A DNA stretch of 64,000 nucleotides, from the NCBI RefSeq assembly GCF_055900595.2, contig NZ_CM148325.1; one strand, given 5' to 3'. Below the pieces are notes generated by a model. That model saw only the letters and a list, made by a program, of their open reading frames with translations, was not told the origin of the DNA and made no database searches. The translations under genes were made by a program, and so were the position numbers. Shown here in pieces: positions 59,331 through 64,000 of this stretch (position 1 is the stretch's first letter; every line of letters begins with the position of its first letter).

Positions 59331-60581
59331 ATGGATATAATGAGAAGTTTGGTGGGTATGGTGGTATTGCTGGCAATTGCATTCTTATTGTCAGTGAATA
59401 AAAAGCGTATCAGCGTACGCACGGTCGGAGCTGCATTGCTGCTGCAAATCGCTATTGGTGGCATTATGCTCTACTTCCCACCGGGAAAATGGGCAGTAGA
59501 GCAGGCGGCATTAGGCGTTCATAAAGTGATGTCTTACAGTGATGCCGGTAGCGCCTTCATTTTTGGTTCGCTGGTTGGGCCGAAAATGGATGTCCTGTTT
59601 GATGGCGCGGGCTTTATCTTCGCCTTTCGCGTACTTCCGGCAATTATTTTCGTCACAGCGCTCATCAGCCTGCTGTACTACATTGGCGTGATGGGGCTGC
59701 TAATCCGCATTCTTGGCAGTATTTTTCAGAAAGCCCTCAACATCAGCAAAATCGAATCTTTTGTTGCGGTTACCACTATTTTCCTCGGGCAAAATGAGAT
59801 CCCGGCGATCGTTAAACCGTTTATCGATCGCATGAATCGCAACGAGCTATTTACGGCAATTTGTAGCGGGATGGCGTCCATTGCCGGTTCGATGATGATT
59901 GGTTATGCCGGAATGGGCGTACCAATTGACTACCTGTTAGCGGCATCGCTGATGGCGATCCCTGGTGGTATTTTGTTTGCACGTATTCTTAGCCCAGCCA
60001 CCGAGCCTTCGCAGGTGACATTTGAAAATCTGTCGTTCAGCGAAACGCCGCCAAAAAGTTTTATCGAAGCGGCGGCGAGCGGTGCGATGACCGGGTTGAA
60101 AATCGCCGCTGGTGTGGCGACGGTGGTAATGGCGTTTGTGGCAATTATTGCGCTGATCAACGGCATAATCGGCGGAATTGGTGGCTGGTTTGGTTTTTCC
60201 AATGCCTCTCTGGAAAGTATTTTTGGCTATGTGCTGGCACCGCTGGCGTGGATCATGGGCGTGGACTGGAGTGATGCCAACCTTGCGGGTAGCCTGATTG
60301 GGCAGAAACTGGCGATTAACGAATTCGTCGCTTACCTGAGTTTCTCCCCATACCTGCAAACGGGCGGCACGCTGGAAGTGAAAACCATTGCGATTATCTC
60401 CTTTGCGCTTTGTGGTTTTGCTAACTTTGGTTCTATCGGTGTTGTCGTTGGGGCGTTTTCGGCTATTTCGCCAAAACGCGCGCCGGAAATCGCTCAGCTT
60501 GGGTTACGGGCGTTGGCAGCAGCAACGCTTTCCAACCTGATGAGCGCGACCATTGCCGGGTTCTTTATTGGTTTAGCTTGA
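59331..60581 (+). CDS. psuT: Nucleoside (putative pseudouridine) transporter PsuT (YeiM), NupC family, 416 aa
   Basis: NupC/CNT-family polytopic transporter; start at MDIMRSLVGMVVLL (ORF track extends 12 aa upstream); about 88% aa identity to NupX in this window. Confidence 0.92.
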   Translation: MDIMRSLVGMVVLLAIAFLLSVNKKRISVRTVGAALLLQIAIGGIMLYFPPGKWAVEQAALGVHKVMSYSDAGSAFIFGSLVGPKMDVLFDGAGFIFAFRVLPAIIFVTALISLLYYIGVMGLLIRILGSIFQKALNISKIESFVAVTTIFLGQNEIPAIVKPFIDRMNRNELFTAICSGMASIAGSMMIGYAGMGVPIDYLLAASLMAIPGGILFARILSPATEPSQVTFENLSFSETPPKSFIEAAASGAMTGLKIAAGVATVVMAFVAIIALINGIIGGIGGWFGFSNASLESIFGYVLAPLAWIMGVDWSDANLAGSLIGQKLAINEFVAYLSFSPYLQTGGTLEVKTIAIISFALCGFANFGSIGVVVGAFSAISPKRAPEIAQLGLRALAAATLSNLMSATIAGFFIGLA

Positions 60582-60587
60582 GTTTCA

Positions 60588-60633
60588 TTACCGGATGTAC
60601 GCGCTTATTAAGCGTTGCATCCGGCAATCGCGC
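60588..60633. repeat. REP element
   Basis: ttaccggatgtacgcgcttattaagcgttgcatccggcaatcgcgc. Confidence 0.7.
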
Positions 60634-60649
60634 TATTCCAGATTATTTT

Positions 60650-61309
60650 TTACTGCATCATCCCGGAGAATTTATTCTCCGGATCCATCTCCAGCGCCAG
60701 CCCTAACAACTGCTTTCTGTTTTTAATTAAATACCCTTTCTTACTTTTAATTAATAAACCGTCGTGAATGAGTTGAGCGATCACATATAGCAAGTGACGA
60801 TAAGTAACACCTAAATACTCTGCCGCCTGGGTATGTTTTTCGTGATAAAGATCACCTTCTTGCGAGAGTAATATAAATGCTGCCAGGCGATTCACTAACG
60901 GAAATGATTGATTCTGAGTTAAAGAAACAATATTACGATAATTTTTATGACTTAAGGTGACGCAGAGTTTTCGTAAAAATAGCGTATCGTTTAATAACAG
61001 CGGGCGGTAATGTTTCATAGGGAGCGCAAGGCACCAACACTCTTCAATCGCCTGTACCGCTCGTGGTTCATGATCTTTATCGATTAACTCAATCTCGCCA
61101 ATAAAACAGGGTGCAGCAAAGAAATCAATCAGCGACACGCGACCATTGGCAAGCGTGGCGTAAAGCCTGGCGCGGCCTCGCGTCAGGTAAAACAGCCATG
61201 ACGGCTGTTGCCCTTCCTGCACAATGTAGTCACGCGCTAAAAAATGAAACAGCCGTGTATCGGCTGAAACATCCGTTGAAAAGCAATTCTTATACGCGGA
61301 CTCACTCAT
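60650..61309 (-). CDS. yeiL: CRP/FNR-family transcriptional regulator YeiL (Nsr), 219 aa
   Basis: cNMP-binding-like fold and C-terminal HTH (…[19 protein letters not shown]…); start at [10 protein letters not shown]. Confidence 0.88.
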   Translation of the reverse strand: MSESAYKNCFSTDVSADTRLFHFLARDYIVQEGQQPSWLFYLTRGRARLYATLANGRVSLIDFFAAPCFIGEIELIDKDHEPRAVQAIEECWCLALPMKHYRPLLLNDTLFLRKLCVTLSHKNYRNIVSLTQNQSFPLVNRLAAFILLSQEGDLYHEKHTQAAEYLGVTYRHLLYVIAQLIHDGLLIKSKKGYLIKNRKQLLGLALEMDPENKFSGMMQ

Positions 61310-61477
61310 CAATTGCTGCTTAAGATCATTATTGTGGATTTCTTTCACGATGTTTATCCGCTATGAGATTTCTCATATTTAGCATACGTACGCTGTTGTT
61401 AAGATTCAATCATCGGCCCGGTCGAATTTTCTTTGCTGTAGAAAAAATAACGCAACTGGAAACAGAGGAAATAAACA

Positions 61478-62419
61478 ATGGAAAAGAGAAAAATTATTCT
61501 GGATTGTGATCCGGGTCATGATGATGCTATTGCCATAATGATGGCCGCGAAACATCCGGCGATTGATTTATTAGGTATCACTATTGTGGCGGGGAATCAA
61601 ACCCTCGATAAAACATTAATTAATGGCCTGAATGTTTGCCAGAAACTGGAGATTAATGTTCCGGTTTATGCGGGGATGCCGCAACCCATTATGCGTCAAC
61701 AAATCGTTGCCGATAATATTCACGGTGAAACCGGACTTGATGGCCCGGTATTCGAGCCGCTGACCCGCCAGGCAGAAAGTACCCATGCGGTGAAATATAT
61801 CATCGATACCCTGATGGCAAGCGATGGCGATATCACTCTGGTGCCGGTTGGTCCGCTTTCAAATATCGCGGTGGCAATGCGTATGCAGCCCGCAATCCTG
61901 CCGAAAATCCGTGAAATTGTACTGATGGGCGGCGCTTACGGTACTGGCAACTTCACCCCATCTGCCGAGTTCAACATCTTTGCTGACCCGGAAGCGGCGC
62001 GAGTGGTGTTCACCTCCGGCGTTCCATTAGTGATGATGGGCCTCGATCTCACCAACCAGACCGTTTGCACTCCGGACGTGATTGCTCGGATGGAAAGGGC
62101 AGGCGGCCCTGCCGGAGAGTTGTTCAGCGACATCATGAACTTCACTCTGAAAACCCAGTTCGAAAACTACGGTCTGGCTGGCGGCCCGGTACATGACGCC
62201 ACCTGTATCGGTTATCTGATTAACCCCGATGGCATTAAAACCCAGGAGATGTACGTCGAAGTGGACGTCAACAGTGGCCCTTGTTACGGGCGTACCGTCT
62301 GCGACGAGCTGGGCGTTCTTGGCAAGCCCGCCAATACCAAAGTCGGCATCACTATTGATACCGACTGGTTCTGGGGATTAGTTGAAGAGTGCGTGCGCGG
62401 CTACATCAAAACCCATTAA
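61478..62419 (+). CDS. rihB: Pyrimidine-specific ribonucleoside hydrolase RihB (YeiK), 313 aa
   Basis: Nucleoside hydrolase fingerprint [15 protein letters not shown] at the N-terminus. Confidence 0.95.
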   Translation: MEKRKIILDCDPGHDDAIAIMMAAKHPAIDLLGITIVAGNQTLDKTLINGLNVCQKLEINVPVYAGMPQPIMRQQIVADNIHGETGLDGPVFEPLTRQAESTHAVKYIIDTLMASDGDITLVPVGPLSNIAVAMRMQPAILPKIREIVLMGGAYGTGNFTPSAEFNIFADPEAARVVFTSGVPLVMMGLDLTNQTVCTPDVIARMERAGGPAGELFSDIMNFTLKTQFENYGLAGGPVHDATCIGYLINPDGIKTQEMYVEVDVNSGPCYGRTVCDELGVLGKPANTKVGITIDTDWFWGLVEECVRGYIKTH

Positions 62420-62432
62420 GTGTTGATAACAA

Positions 62433-62470
62433 GCCGGGACAGTATCGCAAGATGCAGGCCCGGCTATTTC
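62433..62470 (+). terminator. Stem-loop after rihB (possible terminator/attenuator)
   Basis: gccggg…(20-nt loop)…cccggc followed by tatttctg. Confidence 0.45.
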
Positions 62471-62518
62471 TGATGGGCAGAAAGCCGTCGCCCAAAATGA
62501 CATGAAGAGATAATAACT

Positions 62519-63769
62519 ATGGATGTCATGAGAAGTGTTCTGGGAATGGTGGTACTGCTGGCAATTGCGTTTTTGCTGTCAGTAAACAAGAAGAAGATCA
62601 GCCTGCGTACCGTTGGCGCGGCGTTAGTGTTACAGGTCGTGATTGGCGGCATTATGCTTTGGTTACCGCCAGGGCGTTGGGTCGCAGAAAAAGTCGCTTT
62701 TGGCGTGCATAAAGTGATGGCGTACAGCGACGCAGGTAGCGCATTTATCTTCGGTTCTCTGGTTGGACCGAAAATGGACACCTTATTTGATGGCGCAGGA
62801 TTTATCTTTGGTTTCAGGGTATTACCGGCAATTATCTTCGTTACAGCACTGGTGAGTATTCTCTACTACATCGGTGTGATGGGGATCTTAATTCGCATTC
62901 TCGGCGGTATCTTCCAGAAAGCTTTAAATATCAGCAAGATCGAGTCATTCGTCGCGGTCACTACCATTTTCCTCGGGCAAAACGAAATTCCGGCAATCGT
63001 CAAACCCTTTATCGATCGTCTGAATCGCAATGAATTATTTACGGCTATTTGTAGTGGCATGGCCTCGATTGCTGGTTCGACAATGATTGGTTACGCCGCA
63101 CTGGGCGTGCCTGTGGAATATCTGCTGGCGGCATCGTTAATGGCTATCCCTGGCGGGATCTTGTTTGCCCGCATGTTAAGTCCGGCTACGGAATCTTCGC
63201 AGGTTTCCTTTAATAACCTCTCTTTCACCGAAACAGCGCCAAAAAGCATTATTGAAGCCGCTGCTACAGGGGCAATGACCGGGCTGAAAATCGCTGCGGG
63301 TGTGGCGACAGTGGTGATGGCATTTGTCGCCATCATTGCGTTGATCAACGGTGTTATCGGCGGCGTTGGTGGCTGGTTTGGTTTTGAACATGCCTCGCTG
63401 GAGTCCATTTTAGGTTACCTGCTGGCCCCGCTGGCGTGGGTGATGGGTGTTGACTGGAGTGATGCGAATCTTGCCGGAAGTTTGATTGGACAGAAGCTGG
63501 CGATTAATGAATTTGTCGCTTACCTCAATTTCTCACCCTATCTGCAAACGGCTGGCACTCTCGATGCTAAAACCGTGGCGATTATTTCCTTCGCGTTGTG
63601 TGGCTTCGCTAACTTCGGCTCTATCGGGGTGGTGGTTGGCGCATTTTCTGCGGTTGCGCCACACCGTGCACCGGAAATCGCCCAGCTTGGGTTACGGGCG
63701 TTGGCAGCAGCAACGCTTTCCAACCTGATGAGCGCGACCATTGCCGGGTTCTTTATTGGTTTAGCGTAG
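62519..63769 (+). CDS. nupX: Nucleoside permease NupX (YeiJ), NupC family, 416 aa
   Basis: NupC/CNT-family transporter, paralog of psuT within this window. Confidence 0.93.
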   Translation: MDVMRSVLGMVVLLAIAFLLSVNKKKISLRTVGAALVLQVVIGGIMLWLPPGRWVAEKVAFGVHKVMAYSDAGSAFIFGSLVGPKMDTLFDGAGFIFGFRVLPAIIFVTALVSILYYIGVMGILIRILGGIFQKALNISKIESFVAVTTIFLGQNEIPAIVKPFIDRLNRNELFTAICSGMASIAGSTMIGYAALGVPVEYLLAASLMAIPGGILFARMLSPATESSQVSFNNLSFTETAPKSIIEAAATGAMTGLKIAAGVATVVMAFVAIIALINGVIGGVGGWFGFEHASLESILGYLLAPLAWVMGVDWSDANLAGSLIGQKLAINEFVAYLNFSPYLQTAGTLDAKTVAIISFALCGFANFGSIGVVVGAFSAVAPHRAPEIAQLGLRALAAATLSNLMSATIAGFFIGLA

Positions 63770-63781
63770 TGCGCGATTTAT

Positions 63782-63820
63782 GAGCCGGATAAGACGCGGT
63801 CAAGCGTCGAATCCGGCAAG
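63782..63820. repeat. REP element
   Basis: gagccggataagacgcggtcaagcgtcgaatccggcaag. Confidence 0.7.
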
Positions 63821-63824
63821 ATTG

Positions 63825-64000
63825 TTACACCATCGGCACTAATGAAAGCGCGTTATCGGCAGACAGGGTAGGGTTGTTTAAGCTGCCGCTGGCGCGTGAA
63901 ATTGCCGCGCAGGCCATCGCAAAACGGGCACTATCACGGAAACTGCTTCCTTCCAGAAAGCTATACACCAGGCCCGCCATAAAACCATCGTCAGCACCAA
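63825..64000 (-). CDS. yeiI: PfkB-family sugar kinase YeiI, C-terminal 58 codons only (gene runs off the window end)
   Basis: Minus-strand frame reads …GADDGFMAGLVYSFLEGSSFRDSARFAMACAAISRASGSLNNPTLSADNALSLVPMV-stop, typical of a ribokinase-family C-terminus; the adjacent gene in E. coli synteny. Confidence 0.7.
   Translation of the reverse strand, partial: GADDGFMAGLVYSFLEGSSFRDSARFAMACAAISRASGSLNNPTLSADNALSLVPMV

Overview
This window reads as a conserved Escherichia coli chromosomal segment (reverse orientation relative to the K-12 map) running rcsC-rcsB-rcsD / micF-ompC / apbE-ada-alkB-yojI-mqo / eco / napFDAGHBC-ccmABCDEFGH / narP / yejO / proL / yejM-yejL / yejK / rplY / radD(yejH) / rsuA-bcr-yejG / yejFEBA / rtn / mepS / lpxT-yeiR-yeiQ-yeiP / yeiW / setB / fruBKA / psuKGT / yeiL / rihB-nupX / yeiI. 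Gene identities come from my own reading of the supplied translations (catalytic and cofactor motifs, signal peptides, ORF lengths) plus remembered E. coli synteny; no database search was run. Almost every ORF is full length and tightly packed, with typical operon overlaps. I see no integrase, transposase, IS element, prophage gene, CRISPR array or toxin-antitoxin pair, and I do not find convincing evidence for a previously undescribed multi-gene system: this is core genome. The points most worth a second look are: (1) an in-frame amber codon early in ompC; (2) an intact, low-GC autotransporter gene yejO abutting the 3' end of tRNA-Pro, a locus I recall as IS5-disrupted in K-12 MG1655; (3) the paralogous transporters psuT and nupX sharing a leader element and a near-identical 3' end; (4) a doubled terminator hairpin and an 18-bp tandem repeat between fruA and psuK. 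Long ORFs antisense to real genes and ORFs inside REP arrays are treated as artefacts.
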